Positions 19,845 to 30,965 of a stretch of DNA of 64,000 bases are shown one piece after another. A model generated the notes under the pieces. The model was given only the letters and a program-made list of their open reading frames with translations. It did no database searches and was not told the origin of the DNA. The stretch's first letter is position 1, and the number at the start of each line of letters is the position of its first letter. The position numbers and the translations under genes are program-made. Source of the stretch: Candidatus Latescibacterota bacterium (lineage in GTDB: Bacteria > Latescibacterota > CBDEFO01); NCBI GenBank assembly GCA_965248755.1, contig OZ252149.1, forward strand, positions 576,001 through 640,000. The letters run 5' to 3'.

Positions 19845-22004
19845 TCATTTACTTTTGGCGCATCGGAAGCCGTAAGTGTTATCTTTCCTTCCAGGGTTAT
19901 CCCTATATCTGTAAGTCGTCCTAAGGTCTGAACTGGCATAGTACCACGAACCGCCCCTCAGGACTTTCTCCCGGCCCGAGGTAGGTCCTTTGGGATTGCG
20001 ATTTGACGTATCTTTATAGTATTCCTCAGAATACCAGTCGCTTACCCATTCCTTCGCATTTCCCGCCATGCCCAAAACCCCGTAGGGGCTCTTATCGTCT
20101 GCAAAGCTTAAAATCGGAGCGGTGAATCTATATCCATCTTCATCGTAACTGCCAGGATCATAGTTGGCTCTGTACTTCCCTCCAGCATCGGGGGCTGAGT
20201 TTCCCCACGGGTACTTCTGTCCACCTGTGCCTCTTGCCGCCTTTTCCCATTCTGCCTCTGTAGGCAATCTCTTGCCCGCCCACTCACAATAATCGTTGGC
20301 GTCCTGCCCGCTGACGCCAATAACAGGATGATTGGAGCCGTTGAATTTGGAATCGTCCCAATATCTCGGGTCTCTCCGTCCAGTATCCAAAATGAACTTT
20401 TCGTAATCGGACACGGTAACTTCGTTTTTGTCTATATAGAAGGAGTTCAGATAGACCTTATGCGCCGGGCCCTCGTCCGGGTCACCGTCATTAGCTCCCA
20501 TCATAAATTCACCGGAGCCAATCAAGATCATATTAGCGGCAAGCTGTCTTTGCCTGTTCACCTCAGCTGAGCTACGGGCCTCTGCCTCCTGCTGCCTTCT
20601 AAGTTCAGCCATCCTGGCTTTTTCCTCTCCCTCTTTGGCCTTCCTTTCTGCCTCTGCCAGTTTTACACTGTCCTGTCTTGCCTGCTCAAGACGCTCTGCT
20701 TCACGCTTTGCAAACCTCAAACTGTCCTCCCTTGCTTGCTTTCGTGTCAGAGCTAAACTTACCGCTTTTTCTTCAGCTTCCTTCTGCTGATTCCATATAT
20801 AAAAGCCTGCAATGGCTAAGACCGCCACTATCACCGCGCCCGCTATGGCGAAGAGCTTGGTTTTAGACTTCTCTTCGACCCTGACTCTCCTAGTGGGAGT
20901 TGTCGGCGCCCTCCTTGGAACAGCAGTCGTCGTTGCGGCTTCGGTCTGCTGAATGACCACAGGACCTTCGCCCGACTCTATGATCTGGAAGTCTGCAGTC
21001 TCCAGGGAGTTTGAAAGATCGTCTGCGTTCTGGAATCTGTCCTCCGGCTTCTTCTCAAGGCACTTCATCACAATCTTGTTCAGGCCGTCCGGCAGTGATG
21101 GATTGATCTTTTTAGGCTCGGTAGGAATGTCGTGGACGTGCTGGTACATAAGCGCCGTAGCATCGTCACTCTTGAAGGGGACCTCCCCGGTCAGCATCTC
21201 ATACAGAGCAACTCCTAAACAGTAGATATCACTCCTGCCATCTACGGGCTTTCCTCTGGCTTGCTCAGGCGACATATACTGAGGCGTCCCGATGGCCACC
21301 CCTTTTGGGGTCGTAAGCTGTACACCGGACGCCGCCTTGGCGATGCCGAAATCCGTCACCAGCACCCTGTGCTGGCTGTCCAGCATGATGTTATCGGGCT
21401 TTATGTCCCTGTGTACTATCCCCCCGCTGTGAGCGTACGAGAGGGCTTTGCTGACTTCCTGAGCGATGAAGACAGCCTCGTCTATGGACGAGATCTCCCC
21501 GTCTTCGATCATCGAGGACAGCGATTTTCCGTCCACAAACTGCATTGAGAAGTAGTTAATCGGACCTGCCTGATCCACATCGTATATCCTGACGATGTTC
21601 GCATGATCCAGGCTGGCGGACATCCTGGCTTCATGATGGAATCGCTTTACGAACTCCTCGTCAAAGGAGTACTCCTGCGGGAGGATCTTCAGTGCATCCA
21701 TCCTGTCAAGACCTAAATGTCTGGCTTTATACACGACAGCCATTCCGCCCCTACCCAGCTCAGTTATAATCTCGTATTTATCCGAAAGATGACGCTTCAG
21801 GAGTTCATCTAAATCCTCCTCCCCTCCTTCTACAGGCTGCGCGAACAGCTGAGTCGCTCCCGTATCCTTGCCCTGACCTCCCATCTTGCCTGCCCCAGGA
21901 GCATCTATGCTTTCAAGTCCGTCCTTAGGCGTGTCAGAGGACTTTTCCCCACTTTCCGAACTATCTGTCCTCCGCACTCCGTCCTTAGGCGTATCCGATC
22001 CCAT
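19845..22004 (-). CDS. Hanks-type Ser/Thr kinase with TM, coiled coil and C-terminal FGE/SUMF1-sulfatase-like domain
   Basis: LGRGGMAVVY, HRDIKPDN, DFG and GTPQYMSPEQ; C-terminal FMMG, EVT, RLPTEAEWEKAARG, RGGSW and GFRC. Confidence 0.95.
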   Translation of the reverse strand: MGSDTPKDGVRRTDSSESGEKSSDTPKDGLESIDAPGAGKMGGQGKDTGATQLFAQPVEGGEEDLDELLKRHLSDKYEIITELGRGGMAVVYKARHLGLDRMDALKILPQEYSFDEEFVKRFHHEARMSASLDHANIVRIYDVDQAGPINYFSMQFVDGKSLSSMIEDGEISSIDEAVFIAQEVSKALSYAHSGGIVHRDIKPDNIMLDSQHRVLVTDFGIAKAASGVQLTTPKGVAIGTPQYMSPEQARGKPVDGRSDIYCLGVALYEMLTGEVPFKSDDATALMYQHVHDIPTEPKKINPSLPDGLNKIVMKCLEKKPEDRFQNADDLSNSLETADFQIIESGEGPVVIQQTEAATTTAVPRRAPTTPTRRVRVEEKSKTKLFAIAGAVIVAVLAIAGFYIWNQQKEAEEKAVSLALTRKQAREDSLRFAKREAERLEQARQDSVKLAEAERKAKEGEEKARMAELRRQQEAEARSSAEVNRQRQLAANMILIGSGEFMMGANDGDPDEGPAHKVYLNSFYIDKNEVTVSDYEKFILDTGRRDPRYWDDSKFNGSNHPVIGVSGQDANDYCEWAGKRLPTEAEWEKAARGTGGQKYPWGNSAPDAGGKYRANYDPGSYDEDGYRFTAPILSFADDKSPYGVLGMAGNAKEWVSDWYSEEYYKDTSNRNPKGPTSGREKVLRGGSWYYASSDLRTTYRYRDNPGRKDNTYGFRCAKSK

Positions 22005-22084
22005 CGCAAACGTCCTTGAACCTTGTGTATATCTTGTTGTTGAATACTCTTGCTGACCAGAATACTTACTATCACTACTATGAC

Positions 22085-25000
22085 CTAACGCATCAGCATC
22101 AGTTTCCGCGTATATGCCTGTCCATTAGCCTTTAGCCGGGCTATATACATCCCACTTCCCACCAACTGGCCGCGATCGTCCTGTCCATTCCAGATGACTG
22201 AATGGGCACCAGGGCCAAACACCACATCGTCCAACAGCGTCCGCATCGACTGTCCCAGCAAGTTATAAATCACCATAGAAACATGGTCTGTCCGAGGTAA
22301 CTCGAAGCGTATCGTGGTGGTGGGATTAGCTGGATTGGGAAATGAACTCAGCGATACACGGGGCTCCGCTTTCTTTGCCCCACCCTGCACGAGTTTCCGC
22401 CCTTCAAGCTTGGCTTTCACCATTAGCGTCTCAGTCCAGTCGGGATAGGTAGCTGCAATCTGGGCGAATATCTCAGTGGCTCCATTTGCATCCTTGTAGG
22501 TATAGTCCAGAAGAAATGCCTTCTCTAGCAGAGCATACGGCACATAGGGAGAGGTTGGATGATCCCTAAGAATCTGATCTATCCTCGACAGTGCCTCGGC
22601 TGGTCTCCCCTGCGAGACGAGCCCACTTATAGAGACGTACTGCGCTGCTGCTTTGACCTCCGATGCTCTTTGATTCTGGAGATTATTGAGATAGGAAAGG
22701 GCTTCTTCTACCTCGTCAGGGGTCTGGGACGCAAACATGACCCAGTGGATAGCCGTCCGGGTTTCCTGCTGGGAAGTGGAGGATGCAATGATGGTCTTGA
22801 AGTCGGCCTTCGCGCCGGAGCGATCTCCTGACCTCAGCTTCTCCTGTGCCAGCGCCATAGGACTCGTGTCAACCACGATCTTTGCCGGTGTGGATCGGGA
22901 ATTCGCGGTGGTGATGTTATACCCAGGATGGGCGTGATCCACCACTGGATCTCGGAGTGGACCGCCAGTGTCGTAGCCCCAGAAGTCCCCATCAGCGTCG
23001 ATGTCACTAAAGACATCTGTATTCGCATACACATCGTACACTGAGTTATGCGGGGACGGGTAGGAAAAGTTGTTGTTAGGACCCAATACAGGATCTGCTG
23101 CGTTCACACAATAAACCCCAGTAGAATTGTCATAGATGTCGCTGGGAGAAGTGACGTTTGGACGGCTGTTGTTGGTGTTGATGCCGTAGTAACCCCCATG
23201 GAAACTGCAATCATCTAGGGTAGGCGGTGATGATCCTCCAGAGACGTAGATGCCAGCGTTGCCTGAAGTTGTGCCTCCTTGGAAATCGCAGTTACGGAAG
23301 ACAACACCGCTACCACTGTTGATCACCTCCACGGCGTTCTCAAAATACGCACCGAACGTGATGTCCTCGACTAGGACATCATTGACCCCACTCAAGGTTG
23401 CAGCCACTGTGAAAGTTGGAGGCCAGATCGTTACTGCCCCTGAGCCTTTCAGATCCACACCGCTTTTCATATTAAAGCTCTGGCTGTAGGTACCAGCTGA
23501 CACCTTTACCGTTGTCCCCGACAAGGCCGCCTTATCTACTGCTGTTGAAATAAAGCTATAGTTTCCAGGTACATAGATGTTACTTGGACCAATGCCATGA
23601 TCCCCGAATGCATCGATGATTTTCGTATCGTTGGGAGTACCGTTTGATAGGTTGCCATCGTTATCATCCGCCCGCAACATGTTATCACAAAACTCCACGA
23701 AAGTGTCTGGATGGGGGGTGATCTCCATCGCCTCTATCCAGAGATCATCCGCTGTCGTTTGTCCCACTTGCGTCCTTAAATCCCATAGAGCTCCTCCGAT
23801 TATCTCACCGTTGTGTTCGGTAGGATTCTCGCCTCCACTGGTTATAAAATCATCAGGATATTTCTTGCTGTTAAGCAAGAATAAAGTTTCTGCGTCAGAA
23901 CTCTCTCCCACAGTCATTTCGTTGCTAATAGTTCCAGCAAGATAGTTAGGGAACCCTTCATTCATGGCGTTACCCTGGCTATAAGGATCTCCAGCCGGAT
24001 CTATATTGTTACCATATATATCAAATATAAGGACATGCCCATACTCGTGGTATATGATATCCCTTTCCCCAGCGCCATCAAAAATTTTGTTAAATTTTAT
24101 CGTTCTGGGAAAGTCCGTTAGGGCTACTGCTCCTGGACTTATCGATGCATCTACGTGTGCGTCAACTTGGAAATCGATTTGTCTAAAGTTATTTACGTGA
24201 TCCCGGGCTAGGTTAAGGTGGTAGAAGACATTTGTTTCTTCATAATCTATATCCCATGTCCAATTATGCTGGATAGGGGGATCCGGTATTTCAGGACCCC
24301 ATTCGTGATAATTCTCATTGCCATCGTCGTCGAAGATCTCTACATATGGACCTTCAAGCCAGCTCTTTATCCAATAAGAATTATAACCGCCATTCCAAGT
24401 AATGTTATAATCTCCAGTGGTGTTGGTATTCCCAGAAGTTGCCTTACCAGTAATAGTCCACACCTCCACTTCCTCATGTCGAAAATTCTTAGTTACTAGC
24501 GGGTCAGTATCGTGTTCAAGGTACACCTTACCCTGCACTTTCCCGTAGAATTTCATCACATGACTTGTGGCTTTCCATTCCTCTACAACTGTTCCGTCCG
24601 TTGCATCTATAAAATATATCATACTCTTCGAGGGCTTCTGAGAGGACAGTCTAAGTTGCCGCGTCAGATGATATTCTATACTTCCATTGCTCTCCTTGGG
24701 AAAGACAAACAACAATGGTTGATCATTAACGGTGGCATCTAACGATCCTAATCTTTCCTTGGCTATATCTATGGTTCTATCCACACTAACAACCGGCGTT
24801 GTAGAGACATCTATGTGAGGATGAAAATCAGAGCCCATTAGGATAACGTTCCAGTTAGAGTCAACTGTGAAGCTGACATAGGCACCATACACGGGAACCC
24901 CTTGATGTGTCTGCTGAAAGGTAACATACCAATTTCCGGAACCTTGACTCGCCTCCTTAAACTCAATGTTAGACATCTTCACCTGAAGAACATCTTTGTA

Positions 25001-25270
25001 ATCGGCTATGAAACTTCTACTTATAGCTTCAACATTGCCCTTCTGAAGCGATACAGCACCCGACAAATATCTATCGATCTTGACCCCATGACCCATTATC
25101 CTGTGGGGGCTTCTGGTGATCGGATTCTGAAACGCGATAAGCTCGTTGCCATATCTGTCCACGAGCATCTGTCGTTCCAAGTCTGGCTGGGCATAGGAAG
25201 GCCTGAAAAAAGCAAGGAATAAGACTATGCCCAAGAATAAAGCCATGTACCTGCAATTTGAATATTTCAT
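22085..25270 (-). CDS. Secreted M4/M36-like metalloprotease with FTP propeptide, beta-helix, TPR-like segment and FlgD-Ig C-terminal domain
   Basis: Signal peptide; FQQTHQGVPVYG and YFIDATDG propeptide; YHEYGH, MNEG and EHNGEIIGGALWD; C-terminal FPNPANP...GSGMYIARL...RKLMLMR. Confidence 0.85.
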   Translation of the reverse strand: MKYSNCRYMALFLGIVLFLAFFRPSYAQPDLERQMLVDRYGNELIAFQNPITRSPHRIMGHGVKIDRYLSGAVSLQKGNVEAISRSFIADYKDVLQVKMSNIEFKEASQGSGNWYVTFQQTHQGVPVYGAYVSFTVDSNWNVILMGSDFHPHIDVSTTPVVSVDRTIDIAKERLGSLDATVNDQPLLFVFPKESNGSIEYHLTRQLRLSSQKPSKSMIYFIDATDGTVVEEWKATSHVMKFYGKVQGKVYLEHDTDPLVTKNFRHEEVEVWTITGKATSGNTNTTGDYNITWNGGYNSYWIKSWLEGPYVEIFDDDGNENYHEWGPEIPDPPIQHNWTWDIDYEETNVFYHLNLARDHVNNFRQIDFQVDAHVDASISPGAVALTDFPRTIKFNKIFDGAGERDIIYHEYGHVLIFDIYGNNIDPAGDPYSQGNAMNEGFPNYLAGTISNEMTVGESSDAETLFLLNSKKYPDDFITSGGENPTEHNGEIIGGALWDLRTQVGQTTADDLWIEAMEITPHPDTFVEFCDNMLRADDNDGNLSNGTPNDTKIIDAFGDHGIGPSNIYVPGNYSFISTAVDKAALSGTTVKVSAGTYSQSFNMKSGVDLKGSGAVTIWPPTFTVAATLSGVNDVLVEDITFGAYFENAVEVINSGSGVVFRNCDFQGGTTSGNAGIYVSGGSSPPTLDDCSFHGGYYGINTNNSRPNVTSPSDIYDNSTGVYCVNAADPVLGPNNNFSYPSPHNSVYDVYANTDVFSDIDADGDFWGYDTGGPLRDPVVDHAHPGYNITTANSRSTPAKIVVDTSPMALAQEKLRSGDRSGAKADFKTIIASSTSQQETRTAIHWVMFASQTPDEVEEALSYLNNLQNQRASEVKAAAQYVSISGLVSQGRPAEALSRIDQILRDHPTSPYVPYALLEKAFLLDYTYKDANGATEIFAQIAATYPDWTETLMVKAKLEGRKLVQGGAKKAEPRVSLSSFPNPANPTTTIRFELPRTDHVSMVIYNLLGQSMRTLLDDVVFGPGAHSVIWNGQDDRGQLVGSGMYIARLKANGQAYTRKLMLMR

Positions 25271-25812
25271 GGTAATTTCTCCTTTCTTGTCCCGCTCCAA
25301 ATTCCGGCATCAACTTGGTAACGATCTCCGTCTTTAATTCCAAATTCTTCATGTGATCCTTCTACCATATCGTCCATGATAATTCCTTTCATGAGCTTAT
25401 ATGTAATGAAGAATCCGTCAGCGCTAACAACGCCAAGCTCCAGGCCTAATCCCCACGTTAAGGAGAACCCTCCCCTAACTACTAAGGTATCTACTTGATT
25501 ATCTGATTGTATCTTGAATACCCCGTTGACACCAACTGGCAGGGCTGCGATTTTTGGACTACTCTCAATAAGATCCAAATAGTACGGAGGCATTATGTCA
25601 TCATTAAATCCATAAGACAATATAGCCTCATAGGTCTTTTCCTGCCCTGTGTTTTCGCTGATCAGGTTGCCTGTCCACAAACCATTTATGATCTCTCCCG
25701 GATCAGGTTCTTCATCTTCACCACACCCTGCTAAGAATACAGATATTATTACGACACTAGCTGGGATTGTGACAAAACATTTTCTAACCAAGCATTTTAT
25801 TTGTCTGTCCAT
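25267..25812 (-). CDS. Hypothetical lipoprotein
   Basis: Lipobox FLAGC; stop overlaps the protease start (ATGA). Confidence 0.65.
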   Translation of the reverse strand: MDRQIKCLVRKCFVTIPASVVIISVFLAGCGEDEEPDPGEIINGLWTGNLISENTGQEKTYEAILSYGFNDDIMPPYYLDLIESSPKIAALPVGVNGVFKIQSDNQVDTLVVRGGFSLTWGLGLELGVVSADGFFITYKLMKGIIMDDMVEGSHEEFGIKDGDRYQVDAGIWSGTRKEKLP

Positions 25813-25933
25813 TGCAATATTCCCTCTGATCAAGATTGAATTGGAGAATGTTGTTTGTAGCTATAGGCTTTGCTTTATTGTAAACCCTCCTCCTTTCCTT
25901 CGCCCGAAATAACTGCCGTTTGTTGCTATCTTC

Positions 25934-26472
25934 TCACCTCATCACGAAATAGGCCACAACTGCTATTATAATTATGACTACTACCACGATGGCGATTATC
26001 TTGCCACTTCCACCTTTCTCCGGCTCTCTGGGTGGTCTCCTTGCAGGCTGAGGTCTGCCAGGTGCAGCGGCGGGCTCTTCTTCCTCTTCATCCGAGGGTA
26101 CAGCCTGTCTCACCATAGTGGCTCCTGTATCCTCCGGGACAGCCTGTCTGACCATAGTGGCACCTGCATCTTCCTTTCCCGCAGCGACATCATCCACAAA
26201 GGCGAACTCCACCGTATGGAATTTGACCGTCTGACCATTCTTTAACACGTGTCTTGTGACCTTCTGTCCATCCACATAAGTCCCGTTTGTGCTCCCCAGG
26301 TCCGCACTATGTATCCGTCGTTCTCCTTTTTAATCTCAGCATGATTACGCGAGATTCCATCATCTGTCAGAACGATGTCATTTTCCTCATCCCTTCCGAT
26401 CTTATAACTTTCCGCCGTCAGTTCTAACTCTTGACCATTTAGACTCCCAGATTTGCAGAGAATCTTCGCCAT
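25934..26472 (-). pseudogene. FHA-domain protein with C-terminal TM anchor, single frameshift near 26300
   Basis: IGR...ISRNHA in one frame and DLGSTNGTYVDG in the next; could be a sequencing indel. Confidence 0.8.
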
Positions 26473-26490
26473 AGGAATACCCCCTAAAAT

Positions 26491-26665
26491 CAGTAGACAG
26501 TAGACAAGGCACCTCCCCTCACTCCTTGTCCCCGACCCCCAACTGAATCTATAGGGGGTTCAATCGGGGATTGCTTCGGGGATAGCGAAGCAATCTCGAC
26601 AGACAGTAGTCCGGGGTTGGGAAGACTACCCTGTTTGCTGTCTACTGCCTTTATGCTGTCTATTA
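26491..26665. repeat. Composite intergenic repeat: CAGTAGA heptamers plus family B palindrome and CCCCGA...ATCGGGG hairpin
   Basis: CAGTAGACAGTAGAC; GGATTGCTTCG...CGAAGCAATCTC; complementary TGTCTACTG heptamers on the far side. Confidence 0.65.
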
Positions 26666-26666
26666 T

Positions 26667-28178
26667 TTACCCACTTATAAGCTCAGTCACAAATCCACTT
26701 AGGTTGGATGCCGATATCTTCTTTTGATACTTTTTTGCAAAATCTCCAAATTCTCTGTCCAGAATCTTCTGTACACTCCTATTTATATCCTTTGCATTAG
26801 TTAAGTAGTCTGTCATAAGTCGTATCAAGCCATCCCGAACTGTCTCTATACGACCAGCCATCTTTACCGCTGCTGTGTTCGCGATAAACCTGTCCCCATC
26901 GAAGTTGAACCCATCTGGAGTCAGTCCCACCCCCTGGAAGAGATCAGGCAGCTCTGCATATGCACGGCCCAGGGCTCTGGCGCCCAACTGGGCAGCTGAC
27001 TCTCCGGATCCTTCTGCAGCCTCTGAGACTGTCCCAAAAGCGTCCTGACAAATTTCGACCATTGTGCCAATATGATCGGGCGGAATGAAGAATTCATCGC
27101 TCCAGTCGCCCTCTGTCAAGTCAGCATAGAACTCCAGGGTCATCTTCCCACCCTTTGCAGCGCCTTTGACGCCACTTATAAGTTCCTCCACAACGTCCCC
27201 ATCTTTGGAGGCCCTATCCGTAAGGTATAGATCTGAAGGCTGTCCGTCAGCAAGCTTTACCAGAGATAGAGTGTCCCCGGCTACGACGGATATGATGCCA
27301 GAAGAGGCTGATCCCATGATACTCTGCATAAGCTGATCCACAGAGTCGCCATCTACCACTTCTTTCCTATCTGCTGTCTCCTTAAACACCACACAGAGAA
27401 TGTCGAGAAGTCTACTTTCGGCGCGACACACAGCTACTTTTATCTGCGCGTTAGACTTTGATATGGAAAAGAAGGTCTGGAAATCTGTGGCCTCTAAAAA
27501 CCCGGCATGCTCTCTCCCGGCCCCTACCATCTTTCCATCCCTGAAGAGCATAAACAACTGATTGGCTCTCAGCGCAAGCTGGAGATAGCCGCAAAAGGTT
27601 TTGTCGGTCCTTGAGATATCGTGTACGATCAGGTCTAGGTTATGAGCTGGAAGTTCACTCCACTGGCACACAATGTTTTGATACGGCAGTCTTAAAAGCC
27701 CCATAAGCTCGGCTCTCATATCCTTTGTGCCGTCGTCGAAGTCGAACTCCCACTTATCGAACCTTAAGACGTCGCCGTTTTTTAGCCCCCCTACGGCCAC
27801 TTGCTGATCGTTTACGAACGTCCCGTTCGTGCTCCCCGAATCCGCTACTGTGTAGCTGTCGCCGGCCCTTTCGATCTTGGCGTGGCATCCAGACACAGTC
27901 TCTTCAGACAGCACCAGCTCACAGGAAGAATCCCTCCTCACAGTAGTCGTCTCTTTATCCAGAGAGGACTCCACCCCGCTATATCTGCCACTCCTTCCCA
28001 CGAGCTTGGCTGCTACTCGGGCTATTGTAAACTAAAACTGAACCAGATCGAATCTGATAGTCTGACCTGGCATCAATACTTGGCGGGATACTCTCTTGTC
28101 GTCTACAAACGTGCCGTTGGTACTACCTGCATCCACCACAACGTACGTATTCCCCTCAGTACGAAGCTTCGCGTGGCC
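26667..28178 (-). pseudogene. Tandem-FHA protein with C-terminal uncharacterised domain; 5' truncated, with in-frame TAG at 28032-28034
   Basis: HAKL...DAGSTNGTFVD...FDLVQF*FTIARVAAKLVGRSG...VSGCHAKI...DSGSTNGTFVN in one frame; upstream sequence switches to GC-rich foreign DNA. Confidence 0.8.
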
Positions 28179-28179
28179 C

Positions 28180-28502
28180 CCCACTTCGACGCCCGGGGGA
28201 ACGTTACGCGGGTGGACTTCTGGCTGTTCTTCAAGGCACTCGACTACCACGAGGGCTTCCAGCACGCCCACACCCTCAAGGTGCTCCGCTGGTCCCAGGA
28301 CGCCACCTATGAGCTGGACCTGGTCAACGACCGCCAGCGGCGCTTTCACGTCGAGCTGATCTTCCCGGACTTGGAGTCGGATCTGGCGGCCGACGGGGAC
28401 CGCTGGGGCGAGTACAAGGTGGAGAACCGGGAGATGTTCGAGCGGATCGATCAAGCACTGCTCGAGGAGCACATCGAGATCGCGGAGAACTGGCCATCCT
28501 GA
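28180..28502 (+). pseudogene. 3' fragment of a hypothetical gene
   Basis: GC3-rich open frame (VDFWLFFKALDYHEGFQHAH...AENWPS*) with no native start. Confidence 0.45.
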
Positions 28503-29029
28503 AGCTGAGATACATGGTCGAGTACGCGCTGCTCGACCGCATCCGGGCGCCAAATGGGTCGTCAACCGGCTGGTGGAGAATGAGGTCCAGTCAATGCCCG
28601 AGGATTTCCTGGCCTATCACCAGTCGACCGTCTCGCCCTACCGTGGCATGCGCGGGGCCGTGGTCGAGACCGACGAATACCCGTCAGCCGAGGTCTGCGC
28701 CAAGTCAATCCTGGGCAACATCGCCTCCGACCGCATCGCCTGATTTGGGACAGGGTGAAAACCTTTGCGCCGCAAGGAGATCACCGGCAGCGACATTCAT
28801 GCGCCCGCTCTCGGGCTCGTCCTCGTACTCCCCTATTTGTAATAGAGCGCGATATAGCCGTGAAAGAGGCCCAGGATGACCGTCAGCGCGTCCAGCATCA
28901 CGTGGATAATCCCCCAGGAGGCTGTGTAAGATCTGTTGTGAATCTTGATTCCAACGGGACTCGCCACTCCAACCACCAAGTTGCCCAGGAAAACCCAACT
29001 CAGCACGGCTAGGTACCCGTAGCCGATCT

Positions 29030-29443
29030 CTATGCTATGAACGTAATGCTATGAACGTAAAAGAGCGCCACGACAAACACGCCACTCCTTTGATGGAGCG
29101 CTATTAGGCGGCCGACCTTCCATCGCTTAAGCCGCGCCAGGAACAGGTACCACTGCCATCCGACATACAGGATCAGACAGGTGCCGGTGGCATATTTGAA
29201 GCCGTCGACCGCTTTGAGTTGGTAAAGCCACTCCCACCGAAGATCGATGGCGTCTTGGACAAGATATACGAAAACGAGAACGACGACCGCAAGCCTCCAT
29301 TTCCATTCGGACCGCCTCGATGATATGAGTCTGCTGGCACGGATTCGAAACTGGAATCTATTGCGACCTTCGGTGTTCTCAGAGGCGGCCACTGTGGTTA
29401 TCTTTCTTGGCTGATCGCCAGGATTTCGTGCACACGGAATCAC
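29030..29443 (-). CDS. Hypothetical membrane protein, probably truncated, in the heme-protein cluster
   Basis: Three hydrophobic segments with His (LHQRSG, YVH); co-oriented with cytochrome genes. Confidence 0.45.
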   Translation of the reverse strand: MIPCARNPGDQPRKITTVAASENTEGRNRFQFRIRASRLISSRRSEWKWRLAVVVLVFVYLVQDAIDLRWEWLYQLKAVDGFKYATGTCLILYVGWQWYLFLARLKRWKVGRLIALHQRSGVFVVALFYVHSITFIA

Positions 29444-29459
29444 TCCTTGGCTCGTTGAA

Positions 29460-30255
29460 GCGCAAGGAGCTTTCGTAATGTCCTGGGGGACGCTCTCCGT
29501 TCCGCTTCTCCCATAAAGACATCGGCGGACGGCAAGAAGTAACCATCGGCAGGCTAGTTGTCGCCGACGGCAGGGGGGGTGGAGAATGTCGCCGCCTTCG
29601 CCAGGTACTCTCCGTAGGCTTCGTTGAATCCCTGTCGCAACGCGTTCACCATGGAGAACGCTTCATCCATGCTGACCTCCGCCTTCGGGTAGGACCAGGT
29701 CGTCTCACCCATGATGTCGCCCAACATCCAGTCGGTCTTCGTCGTTTCCGGCTCATTGTTGTGACAGCTGACACAAGCTTCAGCGACCGCGATGTCCGAG
29801 AACATGGCGGTTTAGAATTTGATGTCGTCATCGAAAAAGAACTGTGGCTCGCCAGTTCTTTTGATCTCGTTAAAGTATGTGGTCTGTAGATCTGTGAACT
29901 TGTTAGCGTCGTTGATCGGAAAGGCGGAGCCCAAGAAGAGATAGAGAGGCACCGGGTTTCGCCGCAGGCTCTCCGCAGGCTCTCGGAAAAACAAGGCGGG
30001 CAGAGGACCGGCTTCGACGTCTTGTTCCCGCCAGTCCTTATCGAACTTCAGCCATATCTCTTGACCCGCTCCCACGATCTGCTTCGTCCACAGCTCGCGC
30101 ACCGCATCGTTCTCCGCTTCGAGAATCGCAAAGACACTCGCGATGGGAATGAGTGACCCGCCAGCGGATGTGTCGCTGTCCGGGGGTGGGGCGTTCACAA
30201 TGATAACGGTGACAATGATCACGACGAGAGCGGTGGCAACTACGACAGTCTTCAT
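29460..30255 (-). pseudogene. Tll0287/DUF3365-like monoheme protein with in-frame stops
   Basis: GPLPALF, FPINDAN and AVAEACVSCHN; TAA at 29812 (KF*TAMF) and TAG at 29554 (DN*PADGYFLP); 3' end approximate. Confidence 0.7.
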
Positions 30256-30965
30256 TGTGTCCGGCCTCCCTTCGTCTTGGACGGCTCAACGATCTTTTGC
30301 AGGGAGTACGGTGACGGAGCGCCGTTAAAGTAGCTCCAGACCCGCTCCTCGGACACACCTTCCTCGATGCGTTGAGGGGTAGTGATCTTGTGGTTTCCGT
30401 GGAAGTCGTGCCATTGGAGGCAGGTGTCCCAGGACTCACTACGCACGAGTTCCACATGCGTGGGCGAGATCGGATCGTTCTTGAGCTCGGTACCTTGGTG
30501 GCAGTGCGTGCAAAAGCCGATCGTCGGCAGCGTGACCCGTTTGCCCTGGTGCTCCGTGTGACAAGCCATGCACTCGTAGACCTTGATATGCCCACGCACT
30601 TAGGCAAACCGCGGCTCGAGAAAGCGGGAGATCGGATGCCGGTCGTGGGGGCGCTCATGGCACGCCAGGCAGTCCTTGCTGTCGACGTCTTCCGATCCGA
30701 AGCCAATGGTGGATTTACGGAGACCGAGCCAGTGGTAAACGTTGGAACTCACTTGCTGCGCGACGGTGCCTCTCACCGGCGCGTGGCATTCCTGACAGCC
30801 AAGCCCCTCGTGTCCCGTATTCAGCGGGCCCTTCGCAACCACGCTGTTCCTCCCGGGGAAATTAAGAAATCCCACTAATAGCAGGCCCAGCGCGATTCCG
30901 GCGAGCAACCCGATATACCGCCACTGTTTCAGTAGCGTTTTGAGGAGAGCCGTCTTCATAGGCAT
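30252..30965 (-). pseudogene. Membrane-anchored multiheme cytochrome c (c3-like) with in-frame TAA at 30600
   Basis: CQECH, CLACH, CMACH, CTHCH and degenerate CLQWH; the two ORFs share one frame. Confidence 0.8.

Noticed and set aside
27801..28565. ORFs 27801-28502 (+) and 28032-28565 (-) as complete genes
   Set aside because: Both are chimeric read-throughs across the island junction near 28180
13056..30602. Several in-frame stops (TAG at 13056, 28032 and 29554; TAA at 29812 and 30600; TGA in HEPN) suggesting recoding or pyrrolysine
   Set aside because: All three stop types occur at positions expected for different residues, alongside frameshifts and only in accessory genes. Housekeeping genes use the standard code.
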